Below are positions 43,184 to 52,777 of a DNA stretch of 52,777 bases, in pieces. The stretch spans positions 1 to 52,777 of the IMG/VR virus record IMGVR_UViG_3300036716_000305; one strand, given 5' to 3'. Positions within the stretch are counted from its first letter, which is position 1, and each line of letters opens with the position of its first letter. A program made the translations under genes and the position numbers. The notes beneath the pieces are model-generated. The model ran no database searches. It was not told the DNA's origin and saw only the letters and a list, made by a program, of their open reading frames with translations. This stretch comes from a virus. Taxonomy: Duplodnaviria; Caudoviricetes.

Positions 43184-44818
43184 ATGAAACATGACCCTCA
43201 AGAGTTGTTGCTAGAGATGCAGAGGAGAGAGTCTTGGAAGCTTTACAAGGACGACCCATTAAAGTTTATAAACGAATGTTTGTGGATATATCCTAAAGAC
43301 CCCTCACAGGGTAAGATAAAGCTTACAGTTAATAAGGCACAGGAATTAGTTGTTGCAGAGTTTGTTAGACAGATGAAGGATACTGGTAGGGTGAGAATGA
43401 TTATCGCCAAGTATAGACAGGCAGGATTTAGTACAATATCCTCAGCTCTTATCTTCCACAGGTCTTTATTCTTTGAATCTACTCGGTCTGTTATTATTTC
43501 CTTAGACAAGCCAACAACAGAAAGTATTTTTAGTATGTCACAAACCTTTTGGGAAAACCTTCCTCAGGAATTAAAGCCCATACTCTCTCAAGCTAATAAA
43601 AGAGAGATGAAGTTTGAAGACAACAAGAGTATGTATAGATGTTTTACAGCCGGTGCAGACAATCCCGGACGAGGAACAACTAACACAGCTCTTCTATGTG
43701 ATGAAACAGCGTTCTTCCAGAATGCCGCTAAAGTTATGGCTGGTCTATTCCAGTCAATATCTACAGCAAAAGGAACAATCATTATTATTAATAGCACCTC
43801 TAATGGTGCTCAAGGTGTTTACTACGATCTATGGAATAAGGCTGAGAAAGGGGAAGGACAATTCACCCCATTATTTGTTCCTTGGTATCTTCAAGATGAA
43901 TATACGCTTGAAGTTCCTGACGATTTAGAGATGACTTTAGATGAAAAGAAGTTAAAAGAACAATGGTCCCTTACAGATGGGCAAATTTTCTGGAGACGAA
44001 TAAAAATATCTGAAACATCAACCTCTACATTTAAACAAGAATATCCCTTCACGGCTGAAGAATCCTTCATCCAATCGGGATCAAACGTGTTTGATATGGA
44101 GGCAATTAAGAAGTACATATCAACACCATATGCTTCGCTTAGAGCTTTCAATAGAGAGTACGCTTCGTTCGATGAGAATGAGGACGGTCACCTAAGTGTG
44201 TGGGAGCCACCAGCCAGAGATAGTAAGTACCTAATAGGTGCAGACGTCGCAGGTGGTGTCGGAGGAGACTACAGTGTAGCAGTGGTAATGGACAGCGATA
44301 GAAATATTGTTGCCATGTACAGGAATAATAAGATCGACCCTGTTTACTTCGGTCAAGTTTTATTCTACCTAGGAAGATGGTATCATAACTGTCTTTTGGC
44401 CTGTGAGAGCAACTCAATAGGTCTTGCAACATTACAACAGTTGTTCAGCATGAATTACCCATCGATATACCAGCAAAAGAAAACTGCCAACATAAGGCAA
44501 GCATCTGATGTTACATCTTTAGGTTTTAGAACAACATCTGCTTCAAAGACTCCAATCATATCAAACTTACAATCGCTTATTAAGGATTATGATATAAACA
44601 TCCCGAGTCAAATTATTCTCGACGAGCTTAGAAACTATATACTCGTTGGAGATAATCAAAAAATGACAGCAGCACCCGGACACTATGACGACACAGTTAT
44701 GGCTTTAGCTATATGCTGCGAAGCATGGAGAACACATGGACATGCATTAACAAACCGAGCGTTTTCGTTCGGGGAATCAAATAACTATTCAACCCAGATA
44801 GAAACTAACTGGATTTAA
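43184..44818 (+). CDS. terL: Terminase large subunit
   Basis: KYRQAGFST (Walker A variant), LCDETAF (Walker B), STSNG, FKQEYP, GADVA, HYDDTVMA. Confidence 0.93.
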   Translation: MKHDPQELLLEMQRRESWKLYKDDPLKFINECLWIYPKDPSQGKIKLTVNKAQELVVAEFVRQMKDTGRVRMIIAKYRQAGFSTISSALIFHRSLFFESTRSVIISLDKPTTESIFSMSQTFWENLPQELKPILSQANKREMKFEDNKSMYRCFTAGADNPGRGTTNTALLCDETAFFQNAAKVMAGLFQSISTAKGTIIIINSTSNGAQGVYYDLWNKAEKGEGQFTPLFVPWYLQDEYTLEVPDDLEMTLDEKKLKEQWSLTDGQIFWRRIKISETSTSTFKQEYPFTAEESFIQSGSNVFDMEAIKKYISTPYASLRAFNREYASFDENEDGHLSVWEPPARDSKYLIGADVAGGVGGDYSVAVVMDSDRNIVAMYRNNKIDPVYFGQVLFYLGRWYHNCLLACESNSIGLATLQQLFSMNYPSIYQQKKTANIRQASDVTSLGFRTTSASKTPIISNLQSLIKDYDINIPSQIILDELRNYILVGDNQKMTAAPGHYDDTVMALAICCEAWRTHGHALTNRAFSFGESNNYSTQIETNWI

Positions 44819-44832
44819 AGGAGCGAGAGAGA

Positions 44833-46986
44833 ATGGATCACTCAAAAATAACCGACGAGGAATTGTTAGCATCAATTGACTCAAAGGTAAGGAATAGTGT
44901 AGGCGGAGCTACGGGGTCATCAGACCTCTCTAAAAAGCGAGAAAGTTCTACATACGAATATACTATGGACCCTAGGGGTGATTTAGCACCACAAGGCGTA
45001 TCAAAAATTGTATCCTCGGATACTGTTGAGATTATCGAGGGGTATACGTCCTTGCTAGTAAAGCTATTACTAGATAACAATAAATTAGCAAATTTTATAC
45101 CTAGGTCTGCGACAGCTAGAGACATCCATGATGCCAAAACAGCATCAGACATAGTTAACTACTGTATCTTTAATAAGAACGATGGTTGGAGAATTATTAA
45201 CACTTGGATCAAATCTTCATTATTATATGGAAACGGAACGGTTAGCTGGATATGGGAAGAGGCAGCAGATTATGAAATAGAAGAGTACGATGAGATTCCT
45301 GAGGCTGTTCTTGACGAACTCCTTGCGGACTCAAACGTTGAGATAGTGGGCGAACTGGAAATCAGCGAAGAAATTAACCCTGAGAACCCTGAGATCGTCT
45401 ATCAGAATGTCCGACTAAGAAGAAAGGTAGATAAGTCTAGAGTGACTTTCGATGCCATTCCTCCTGAGACATTCTTAATCAACAGGTCGGCAACGAGCAT
45501 TCAAAGTGCCTCGTTTATTGGAAAGGTAACTGAGTTGTCTCATTCAGAGATTAGACAAATGTTTCCTGAGTTCAAAAAGGATCTAAGCGAACTAGGCGAA
45601 AACGCAGAATCTTCAAGAGGCAGTCATTGGTCCTCTGAGAAGTTCTCACGTAGAGACGCTACTGGTATTGAAAACCTTGGTTATGAAGAAGAAGACGAGG
45701 AAGCCAATACTATTGTAGAAGTTATCGAGTGCTGGATTAGATCGGACAGAGATGGTGATGGTATTGCTGAATTAAAGCATGTTATCAAAGCTGGTGAAGA
45801 TATCCTTTTAGAAGAAGATGTCTCATACATCCCTGTGGCTGACCTGAACCCTATTGAAGTGCCTCACGAACACTTTGGACTATCTTTATCAGATATGGTC
45901 CGCCCACAAATGCAAGCTACTACAGCTATCATGCGTGGATTCGTTGAGAATGTTTATTATGGTAACTACGGAAGAACATTAGCAGATCCTAATGTTGTTG
46001 ACTTCGCAGCTTTACAGAACCCTGTTCCTAAGCAAATTATCGCTACGAATGGTACACCTGTAAACTCTGTTCAACAACTAAACCCTGAGCCTATCAGCTC
46101 TGGGACACAAGGTATGTTAGAATTCTTACAGTTGCAGAAAGAGCAAGCTACTGGATTAACAAAAGCATCTATGGGTCTTAATGACGCACTATATGTTTCT
46201 GGAAACTCAGCAGAGAAGACAGCACAAGCTCAATCAGCAGCTCAAATTCGTATCGAACATATAGCTAGAAGATTTATGGAGACAGGTCTTAAAGACTTGT
46301 GTAGAGGTCTTCTTAAAGAAATGAAGCAGAATATTAAAGAAGATATGATGTATAAAACCGAAGCCGGTTATGCGTCCATCTCTCCTTTGGATCTGCAAAG
46401 AATACCTTCAAATATGGATTTGGATATTCAAGCCAATCTTGGTGAAAACTCAAACTCTTCCCTGCAACAAAAGCTTGGGAAAGTGGCTGAGCTATTACCT
46501 ATGATGGCACAAGACCCAGAGGCTAGAAAGTATATTTCTCCTCAGGCTGCTATGAACTTAGGAACTCAAATGATTAACTCAATGGGCTTTGACCCGCTGG
46601 ATTACTTCGTTGACCCTGAAGACCAGCAGACAATGGATCTTGTTCAGAAGCAAATCGATCAAGAGGCGCAAGGTGCACAACAGGCTAAAGAGCTTGAGAT
46701 GAAGACCATCACAGCAAACATTAGTTTGGTTAAGGCTGAAGTTGACAATAAGAAGATTGACAACAAGAGGCAATTACTAGAAGCGCAGGATGAATCAAAT
46801 CGTAAGTGGGCTGAGTTGGAGATTAAGGCTGTTCAAGCTGGAACACCTCCAATCAAAACTGTACCACTAGACTTTCCAACTCTTTATACAGACACGGAAG
46901 GTAACGAGAAGAGACAGGCTGAGCATGAGCAAATGAAACAGCAAGCCGCCCAACAGCAGCAAGCTGGTCAAGAGCCACAACAATAA
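44833..46986 (+). CDS. Portal protein
   Basis: 717 aa after terL; SKIVS.D, D.DGDGIAEL, IEHIARRFMETG, Q-rich tail. Confidence 0.88.
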   Translation: MDHSKITDEELLASIDSKVRNSVGGATGSSDLSKKRESSTYEYTMDPRGDLAPQGVSKIVSSDTVEIIEGYTSLLVKLLLDNNKLANFIPRSATARDIHDAKTASDIVNYCIFNKNDGWRIINTWIKSSLLYGNGTVSWIWEEAADYEIEEYDEIPEAVLDELLADSNVEIVGELEISEEINPENPEIVYQNVRLRRKVDKSRVTFDAIPPETFLINRSATSIQSASFIGKVTELSHSEIRQMFPEFKKDLSELGENAESSRGSHWSSEKFSRRDATGIENLGYEEEDEEANTIVEVIECWIRSDRDGDGIAELKHVIKAGEDILLEEDVSYIPVADLNPIEVPHEHFGLSLSDMVRPQMQATTAIMRGFVENVYYGNYGRTLADPNVVDFAALQNPVPKQIIATNGTPVNSVQQLNPEPISSGTQGMLEFLQLQKEQATGLTKASMGLNDALYVSGNSAEKTAQAQSAAQIRIEHIARRFMETGLKDLCRGLLKEMKQNIKEDMMYKTEAGYASISPLDLQRIPSNMDLDIQANLGENSNSSLQQKLGKVAELLPMMAQDPEARKYISPQAAMNLGTQMINSMGFDPLDYFVDPEDQQTMDLVQKQIDQEAQGAQQAKELEMKTITANISLVKAEVDNKKIDNKRQLLEAQDESNRKWAELEIKAVQAGTPPIKTVPLDFPTLYTDTEGNEKRQAEHEQMKQQAAQQQQAGQEPQQ

Positions 46987-47010
46987 GTAGTTAAAAGGAG
47001 ACGTTGAGAG

Positions 47011-47328
47011 ATGAACTATAAACGTACTCCCGGACACAAAAGCGTCGAGGGGAAGCCTAAAAAGGTGACCCCTTACGATGACGCCCAAAGGGTTCTGGAG
47101 AAAGGATGGGGTTGTGAAGATTTAAAAGACACAATGACATTCGTATATGAAGACTTGATGAATGATTTATTCAAGGCTTGGATTGAGACTAAACATCACG
47201 AAACCCAAGCAAGAGAATTTATCTATCACCAAGCGGTTTCGCTAGGGGCAGTTCAAGCTAACATAGAGAGAGCAGTTACAGCGAAAACTAATAAAACTCG
47301 TGAGCTAGAAGGAGATGATGATGAGTAG
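47011..47328 (+). CDS. Hypothetical protein between portal and scaffold
   Basis: AGGAG RBS; W..T.....REF.Y. Confidence 0.7.
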   Translation: MNYKRTPGHKSVEGKPKKVTPYDDAQRVLEKGWGCEDLKDTMTFVYEDLMNDLFKAWIETKHHETQAREFIYHQAVSLGAVQANIERAVTAKTNKTRELEGDDDE

Positions 47329-47491
47329 AGAAAGAAAAGCTATTGAGAATTTAGAGTCGATTATTTCGGTAATGATTAATGATATGAGTATTGGCGCATC
47401 CTATGTTAGGACAAATGCGTCTTCATGCTTAGATATGATTAATCTTGTTGATAAAATCCAAGCTAGAATCCCAAAAGATAAAAAGAAATAG
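47321..47491 (+). CDS. Hypothetical protein (56 aa; not in ORF track)
   Basis: AAGGAG RBS; MSRERKAIENLE...KDKKK. Confidence 0.55.
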   Translation: MSRERKAIENLESIISVMINDMSIGASYVRTNASSCLDMINLVDKIQARIPKDKKK

Positions 47492-47567
47492 AGGTTCTTG
47501 AAGAACCCTTGATGAGAGAAGTGAGAGTTGTTCAAGACTCTCTTTAACAAAAAGGAGAACTTAAATT

Positions 47568-48701
47568 ATGAGTGAAAATTCTACCGGCTCAGCCGATGAT
47601 GCAAACACGAATGATTCAGTATTTGAAGGCGCAATGGATGATGCAATTGATAGTTTATTAGATAAAGCAGTTGAAAGTGGAACACTACAACCAGCTTATG
47701 ATGAACAGGACGAAGCATCTACCCCGAGCGAGGACGAGGACACAGAAGAACTTGAAGGCGAAGAAGAAGACCAAGCTGACGAGGACGCTGAAAATGTTGA
47801 TGAAGATGAAGATGATGCCACCGAAGACGAGGAAGAATCCAAGGATGATGAAGAATCTACCCTTGATGATGAAACTGAGGAAGAGGAAGAAGGCGAGCTA
47901 GATATGGACTTTATGGTTCCCGTTAAAGTTGACGGAGAAGAATCAGAAGTTACATTAGAAGAGCTTGTTAAAGGCTATCAAACTAATCAGAGCCAGACTA
48001 AGAAAGGTCAAGAATTGGCAGAACAGGCCAAGGAACTAAAAGTTGCAAAGGATAAGGCAGATTTGTTTTCGCAAATTAATGTCGAACTTCTTAAACAGCA
48101 AGATGATAGAGATAAGAGCTTACTAAAGAGTCGCAAGGACATTATGGACTTGGTGGCGAAGGGTGAGTATGTAGAAGGCGTTGATGATGACCTAGCTACT
48201 TTGCAATACAAGTACAAGTCCTTAGAGGATGAGTATACTACTCGCAAAGCAGATAGAGACTCAACAGTGTCCAAGATGGAAGAGGCAAACAAAGAGAGAT
48301 ATGAAGAGGTCGTTAAGGAGCGTGTTGAAAATTTCCAAAAGGAAATAAAGAACATCATCCCTGACTGGTCTACTGAGATCGCTCAAGAAAACTACAAGTT
48401 CGCAATTGATCAAGGAATCCCTGAGGGGTTTGTTGCGTCAATTACCGATCCTGAGATTGCCAAATTCATCGATGACTACAGAAGACTAAAATCTTCATCG
48501 TCTAAAGGTGCTGTTAAGAGAAAGAAAGTCCCTGTAAAGAAAGTTCCTAATAAAAAGCCTGTTTCTGATAAAGTTAAACAGAAGAGCAAGACAAGCAAAG
48601 CACGTTCACGAGTCCAAAAAGGAAAAGGCTCCGACAGCGACTTTGCTACAATCAACGATGGAATCTACGATGATATTTTTGATGGGTCTGAACTCTTCTA
48701 G
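47568..48701 (+). CDS. Capsid scaffolding protein
   Basis: Very acidic N-terminus, VKVDGEESEVTLEELVKGYQ, coiled coil, basic C-terminus; precedes the capsid gene. Confidence 0.85.
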   Translation: MSENSTGSADDANTNDSVFEGAMDDAIDSLLDKAVESGTLQPAYDEQDEASTPSEDEDTEELEGEEEDQADEDAENVDEDEDDATEDEEESKDDEESTLDDETEEEEEGELDMDFMVPVKVDGEESEVTLEELVKGYQTNQSQTKKGQELAEQAKELKVAKDKADLFSQINVELLKQQDDRDKSLLKSRKDIMDLVAKGEYVEGVDDDLATLQYKYKSLEDEYTTRKADRDSTVSKMEEANKERYEEVVKERVENFQKEIKNIIPDWSTEIAQENYKFAIDQGIPEGFVASITDPEIAKFIDDYRRLKSSSSKGAVKRKKVPVKKVPNKKPVSDKVKQKSKTSKARSRVQKGKGSDSDFATINDGIYDDIFDGSELF

Positions 48702-48722
48702 CTATTTATAGGAGAAATTATA

Positions 48723-49715
48723 ATGGCAACTGTATTTAATACAACAAACGCGGGTTCTCAACGTGAGGACCTAGCGAACTTCATCTCAAACATTGTTCGT
48801 GATGAAACACCATTCATGTCATCGATTGGCAAGACATCTGCAAAAGCATTGTTACATAGCTGGTCAACTGACGAGCTAGCTGTACCGGGTGCTAACAACG
48901 CTGCTGAAGGCGCTGGCTTCCCAAGTACTGTTTCTGCGGGTCCTGAAATCGTTCAACTTACCAACCAAACACAAATCTTTACTAAGTCTATCGAAGTATC
49001 AGGCTCAGTTGAGGCGGTTGATAAAGCTGGTCGTAAGTCAGAATTCAAATACCAATCTACTAAGCGTGGTAAAGAATTGATGCGTGATATCGAATGGGCT
49101 CTTACAACTGGTAAAGGTGTTAAATCATCATCAGGCAACCGTTTGATGGGTGGTTTTCAATCATGGGTTCCAGCTGGTAACACAGTAAACGCTTCTGGTG
49201 GTGCTATCACTTTAGGTAACGCTACTGGTGCAGATGTACCAACTTCTGCTGGTACTGCAGCTGCATTCTCTTTGTCACAAGTTGACCAAGTAATGCAAAA
49301 CTGTTACGAGAATGGTGGACGCCCTAACACTCTTATGATGTCTCCAAGAGTTAAGAGAACTTTCTCTACAGCTGCTCAAGGTCAAGCTGCCAACGGTAAC
49401 GTTCGTCGTAACATTGACGATTCTGGTAAGCTACGTCAATCAGTTGAAATCTATGAGACTGACTTTGGTGTTGTTAAGGTTGTCCCTAACTATGTTATGG
49501 GTTCAACTGGATCAGGTGCTGGCGCGGCTAACGCTGCTGCAGACGACAACGTACTAGTCTATGACGCTTCAACGTTTAAGATGGCTGTACTACGTCCATT
49601 GCATCACAGAGACATCTCTGAAGATGGTGACCGTCTACGTGCGCTTATGGTTCACGAGACTACGCTGGAGTGTGCAAACCCTTCTGCTAACGGTCTGATC
49701 GACAACCTAAGCTAA
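48723..49715 (+). CDS. Major capsid protein (DUF5309 / SU10-type)
   Basis: REDL...I...ETPF.S.IG, N.TQIF.K...VSG, KELMRDIE, YETDFG. Confidence 0.88.
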   Translation: MATVFNTTNAGSQREDLANFISNIVRDETPFMSSIGKTSAKALLHSWSTDELAVPGANNAAEGAGFPSTVSAGPEIVQLTNQTQIFTKSIEVSGSVEAVDKAGRKSEFKYQSTKRGKELMRDIEWALTTGKGVKSSSGNRLMGGFQSWVPAGNTVNASGGAITLGNATGADVPTSAGTAAAFSLSQVDQVMQNCYENGGRPNTLMMSPRVKRTFSTAAQGQAANGNVRRNIDDSGKLRQSVEIYETDFGVVKVVPNYVMGSTGSGAGAANAAADDNVLVYDASTFKMAVLRPLHHRDISEDGDRLRALMVHETTLECANPSANGLIDNLS

Positions 49716-49728
49716 ACACTTAGTACTT

Positions 49729-49762
49729 TACCCCCTATCTACACGATGGGGGGTATTATTTA
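49729..49762 (+). terminator. Terminator-like hairpin after the capsid gene
   Basis: TACCCCCTATC-TACAC-GATGGGGGGTA followed by TTATTT. Confidence 0.65.
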
Positions 49763-49772
49763 TGGAATATAT

Positions 49773-50069
49773 ATGAATAGAAATATAACAAAAGATGGCT
49801 TTGGAGCCTCTCAGGATATAGAAGAGCATCTAAAGTACGCACATGCTATGAGAACCGATATCCAGCAAAATACCACAGTGCGTAGCTTTGCAATCATCCC
49901 CGACATTGTTGCTATTGATATATATTCTAAGCACAAGATTGACGTACACTCAGAAGAGATTATGTCTAATCCTGCACAATTGTCGAAACTACAAAGAATA
50001 ATTCGACAGGAATATCCTAGACTCTTAACAGGCGGGATTACAAATAGATTTAATATGGGAGGTCAATAA
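49773..50069 (+). CDS. Hypothetical virion-associated protein
   Basis: ATG at 49773 downstream of the terminator; A.IP.IV motif. Confidence 0.6.
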   Translation: MNRNITKDGFGASQDIEEHLKYAHAMRTDIQQNTTVRSFAIIPDIVAIDIYSKHKIDVHSEEIMSNPAQLSKLQRIIRQEYPRLLTGGITNRFNMGGQ

Positions 50070-50791
50070 TGGCGATTAATAACCAAGCATCCTTAAGGCT
50101 AGCTATCGCTGACTGGCTTAATAGAGGGGATTTAACAGATTCTCAGATCGACACGTTTATCGAGATAGCGGAAGCCAGAGTTTACGAGGTTCTTAGAGTT
50201 CCGACTCTTGAAGCTGTTGATGGCTTTTCAGTCGCTGAAAGCGATTCTAGCGTAATACTTCCAACTGGATTTAATGAGTTAATAGAATTAAGAAAGGAAG
50301 GTACAGGAACCTGCTCCATATCTGAGCATACAACAAGGTCGGCTTGTAGTTCTGCTTCAGGAACATGGACAGACTCCGACAAGGACGATAACATAACTCT
50401 GCGAAGGGTTGATGGTCAAACTTTTCACAACAATAGAATTCCGAACGCCTTTACTAGAGAGCTTGGAACACTTCTTATTACAGATGAAAACGGAGCAAGA
50501 AAGGCGTCAGGAGAGTACTTATTAAAGTATTATAAATCTGAAGACGCAATTGGAACTATGAGTTCAGCAACACCACCGGTGGAGCAGGTGCCTTGGATAC
50601 TTCTTGTTGAGTATGAGGTAATTCTTTTTGCGGCCTTGGCTGCGGCTCAAATCTTTCTTGGGGACTTTGATGCTGAAAATAAATATAACGAACTAACTAA
50701 TCGTAAAATATCAGCGTTAAACGAAAAGACTAAGAAGGCAGATTTAAGGGGCGGTATCTTTACCTCAAACTTTTCTTCAAATTTAATTTAA
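50069..50791 (+). CDS. Head-tail adaptor (tail tubular protein A-like)
   Basis: L..AIADWLNR.DL...I..FI..AEAR....LR; position after the capsid gene. Confidence 0.75.
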   Translation: MAINNQASLRLAIADWLNRGDLTDSQIDTFIEIAEARVYEVLRVPTLEAVDGFSVAESDSSVILPTGFNELIELRKEGTGTCSISEHTTRSACSSASGTWTDSDKDDNITLRRVDGQTFHNNRIPNAFTRELGTLLITDENGARKASGEYLLKYYKSEDAIGTMSSATPPVEQVPWILLVEYEVILFAALAAAQIFLGDFDAENKYNELTNRKISALNEKTKKADLRGGIFTSNFSSNLI

Positions 50792-50801
50792 AGGAGGGGA
50801 G

Positions 50802-51134
50802 ATGTCTAATAGAAATTCTTTTTATGATGGAGCATCATCATATAGAGTTGTTGTAAATAACTCTTCTGGAGCAGTTGGTCACGATGTCTCTATTGACAGT
50901 TCTTTGGCAGCTGCTCAATTAGCAGAAGAAAATGCAACAACATCGGCTGCTTCTGCGTCGGCTTCGGCAGCTGCTGCACTAACCTCACAAAATGCTGTAA
51001 ATGACATCATACCAACTGGCGGTGATGATGAGATGATCCTTGTAAAGAATAGCGCAACCGATCACGACTTAAAATGGACTAGTACGCTAGACAACACAAC
51101 TATAGACGCCTCTATGAATGGCGGATATTTTTAA
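50802..51134 (+). CDS. Short tail-associated protein
   Basis: Ala/Ser-rich coil, PTGG....ILVKNS.TD.D..W fibre-type motif, ends GGYF. Confidence 0.6.
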   Translation: MSNRNSFYDGASSYRVVVNNSSGAVGHDVSIDSSLAAAQLAEENATTSAASASASAAAALTSQNAVNDIIPTGGDDEMILVKNSATDHDLKWTSTLDNTTIDASMNGGYF

Positions 51135-51149
51135 TTCAAGGAGAAATTC

Positions 51150-52103
51150 ATGGCAAATACAATTAAAATCAAAAGAGCTGCGAGTAGCAGTTCAAGCGCA
51201 CCATCATTAGCAGAGGGAGAATTAGGTCATAATGAATACAGTAAGCTTCTTTATATTGGAACCAGTGGTGGAAACATACAAGTTATTGGTGGTAATACTG
51301 ATGTAACAAAGTTAGCTACAATTGAGACAAATGCTGACGTAACAGACACAGCTAATGTAACATCTGCTGGTGCTTTAATGGACAGCGAATTAGCTGGACT
51401 TGCGGCAGTAAAAGCTACAACAGGTACATTCCTAACTGCTGACCAAACTAAACTAGATGGTATAGCAGCAAGTGCTAATAATTACTCTTTACCAGTTGCT
51501 TCCTCGACTGTTTCAGGTGGTATTAAGGTTGGTGCAAACCTAACAATAACTGGTGGCGTTCTCGCCTCAGCCAGTTCGTATTCTCACCCAACACATCCGG
51601 GCGACGACCTTTCTGTAGATACTACAGCCTTAACAGGCGCCACAGTAGTTAGTGACATTGACATCAATGTAACAACGGATACACTTGGACACGTTACAGA
51701 TGCTAACGGCACTGTATCTACTCGTGAATTAAGTTTGGGTGATCTTGGCTATACAGGTGCAACCGATGCTAATAACTATTCACTACCAACAGCTACCTCA
51801 AGTGTATTAGGTGGTGTTAAGAATGGTGCTGGAATAACAAACACAGCAGGTGTTCTTTCGGTTTCTACAGCATACTTAGCTAGTGGTCATGATGCCTCTA
51901 ATGTAACGTCCAGCAAGATAACAAACTGGGACAATGCCTATTCATGGTATAACACAATGACCACAGCTGATGGTGATAGTGTTATTGATACTGTGACTGA
52001 AATAGTTGCTGCATTCGAGAACCATGCTGAAGGCTTAAATCTAATTACAGAGCTTGATGCAAAACTAACTGCATCATCTACAATTGACGGCGGTACATTC
52101 TAA
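51150..52103 (+). CDS. Tail fibre protein
   Basis: MANTIKIKR...LAEGEL N-terminal module; KLDGIA, YSLP.AS....GG.K.G repeats; ends IDGGTF. Confidence 0.8.
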   Translation: MANTIKIKRAASSSSSAPSLAEGELGHNEYSKLLYIGTSGGNIQVIGGNTDVTKLATIETNADVTDTANVTSAGALMDSELAGLAAVKATTGTFLTADQTKLDGIAASANNYSLPVASSTVSGGIKVGANLTITGGVLASASSYSHPTHPGDDLSVDTTALTGATVVSDIDINVTTDTLGHVTDANGTVSTRELSLGDLGYTGATDANNYSLPTATSSVLGGVKNGAGITNTAGVLSVSTAYLASGHDASNVTSSKITNWDNAYSWYNTMTTADGDSVIDTVTEIVAAFENHAEGLNLITELDAKLTASSTIDGGTF

Positions 52104-52147
52104 ATATTTCTAACCCGCTTATATAAGCATTTAAGGGAGTCATACAT

Positions 52148-52777
52148 ATGGCAAATACGATTAAGATAAGACAGAGTGCGACTGCAGACAAAGTTCCTAC
52201 TACTGATAATACAATAACTGGCACACCAACCATAGCACAAGGTGAGTTAGCGATAAATACGGCAGACCAGAAGTTATTCTCTTCTGACGGGTCAAGTGTT
52301 TTTGAGCTTACTGGCGGTAGTGGAAGTGGAGACATTACAACCACAGCCCTAACGGCCTTTCCAACAGATACTGATGCCGCCTCTTCAGACTTTATTCCTG
52401 TATACGATGTTAGCGCATCTAGATGGGAGAAGCAGACAATAGCCAATGCAGCATTGCAAGGAGCTACAGGTGCTACAGGAGCCGCTGGAGCCGATGGCGC
52501 TACAGGAGCAACTGGCGCTACAGGTGCAGACAGCACGGTAGCTGGACCAACAGGAGCAACTGGAGCCACAGGACCAACTGGTGCTACAGGTAGTCAGGGA
52601 CCAATAGGTAATACTGGTTCACAAGGACCTACAGGTTCAACAGGTGCCACAGGCGCTACCGGCGCTACAGGAGCTACGGGAGCGGATGGTGATGATGGTG
52701 CTGATGGTGCTGATGGTAACTCAGATTACACAGAAGCCACAAGTGCGCCAAGCTCACCGTCAAATGGTGATATGTGG
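52148..52777 (+). CDS. Collagen-like tail fibre, 3'-truncated (not in ORF track)
   Basis: [10 protein letters not shown]...[12 protein letters not shown], then long G-X-Y repeats (GAT, GPT, GAD), then [12 protein letters not shown] at the window end. Confidence 0.88.
   Translation, partial: MANTIKIRQSATADKVPTTDNTITGTPTIAQGELAINTADQKLFSSDGSSVFELTGGSGSGDITTTALTAFPTDTDAASSDFIPVYDVSASRWEKQTIANAALQGATGATGAAGADGATGATGATGADSTVAGPTGATGATGPTGATGSQGPIGNTGSQGPTGSTGATGATGATGATGADGDDGADGADGNSDYTEATSAPSSPSNGDMW

Noticed and set aside
52078-52569. 163-aa APVAPV ORF on the minus strand
   Set aside because: Shadow of the + strand collagen-like gene starting at 52148.
1-52777. Stop-codon reassignment or prophage context
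   Set aside because: Long genes are intact in the standard code using all three stops; no integrase, repressor or flanking host genes are recognised.

Overview
The window looks like most of a circularly permuted, lytic, podovirus-like dsDNA phage genome; the phoH/thyX/nrdAB content suggests a marine phage, but the host cannot be assigned from sequence. The + strand carries the late module. It runs terminase, portal, scaffold, capsid, adaptor and tail fibres (42685-52777), then resumes at 1-20499 with three radical SAM/SPASM genes plus a JmjC/cupin gene, small membrane/holin genes, tail genes, a lysozyme, ejection proteins and a 1023-aa N4-vRNAP-like polymerase. The - strand (41765 to 20552) carries early and replication genes: small early ORFs, two SSBs, a C5 methylase, primase, a T7-like RNA polymerase, SF2 helicase, YqaJ nuclease, RusA-like resolvase, phoH, nrdA-HNH-nrdB and thyX, with no recognisable DNA polymerase. 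The most notable signals are (i) a possible protein/peptide-modification cassette (rSAM x3 + JmjC) inside the virion module and (ii) two unrelated single-subunit RNA polymerases with a pair of identical, divergently oriented 30-bp promoter-like elements. There is also (iii) an RNA regulatory layer: repeated RNase III-like hairpin/RBS cassettes, a candidate ~118-nt anti-Shine-Dalgarno sRNA complementary to early-gene RBSs, and a ~160-nt structured RNA before terS. All calls come from motif recognition by eye; no searches were run.
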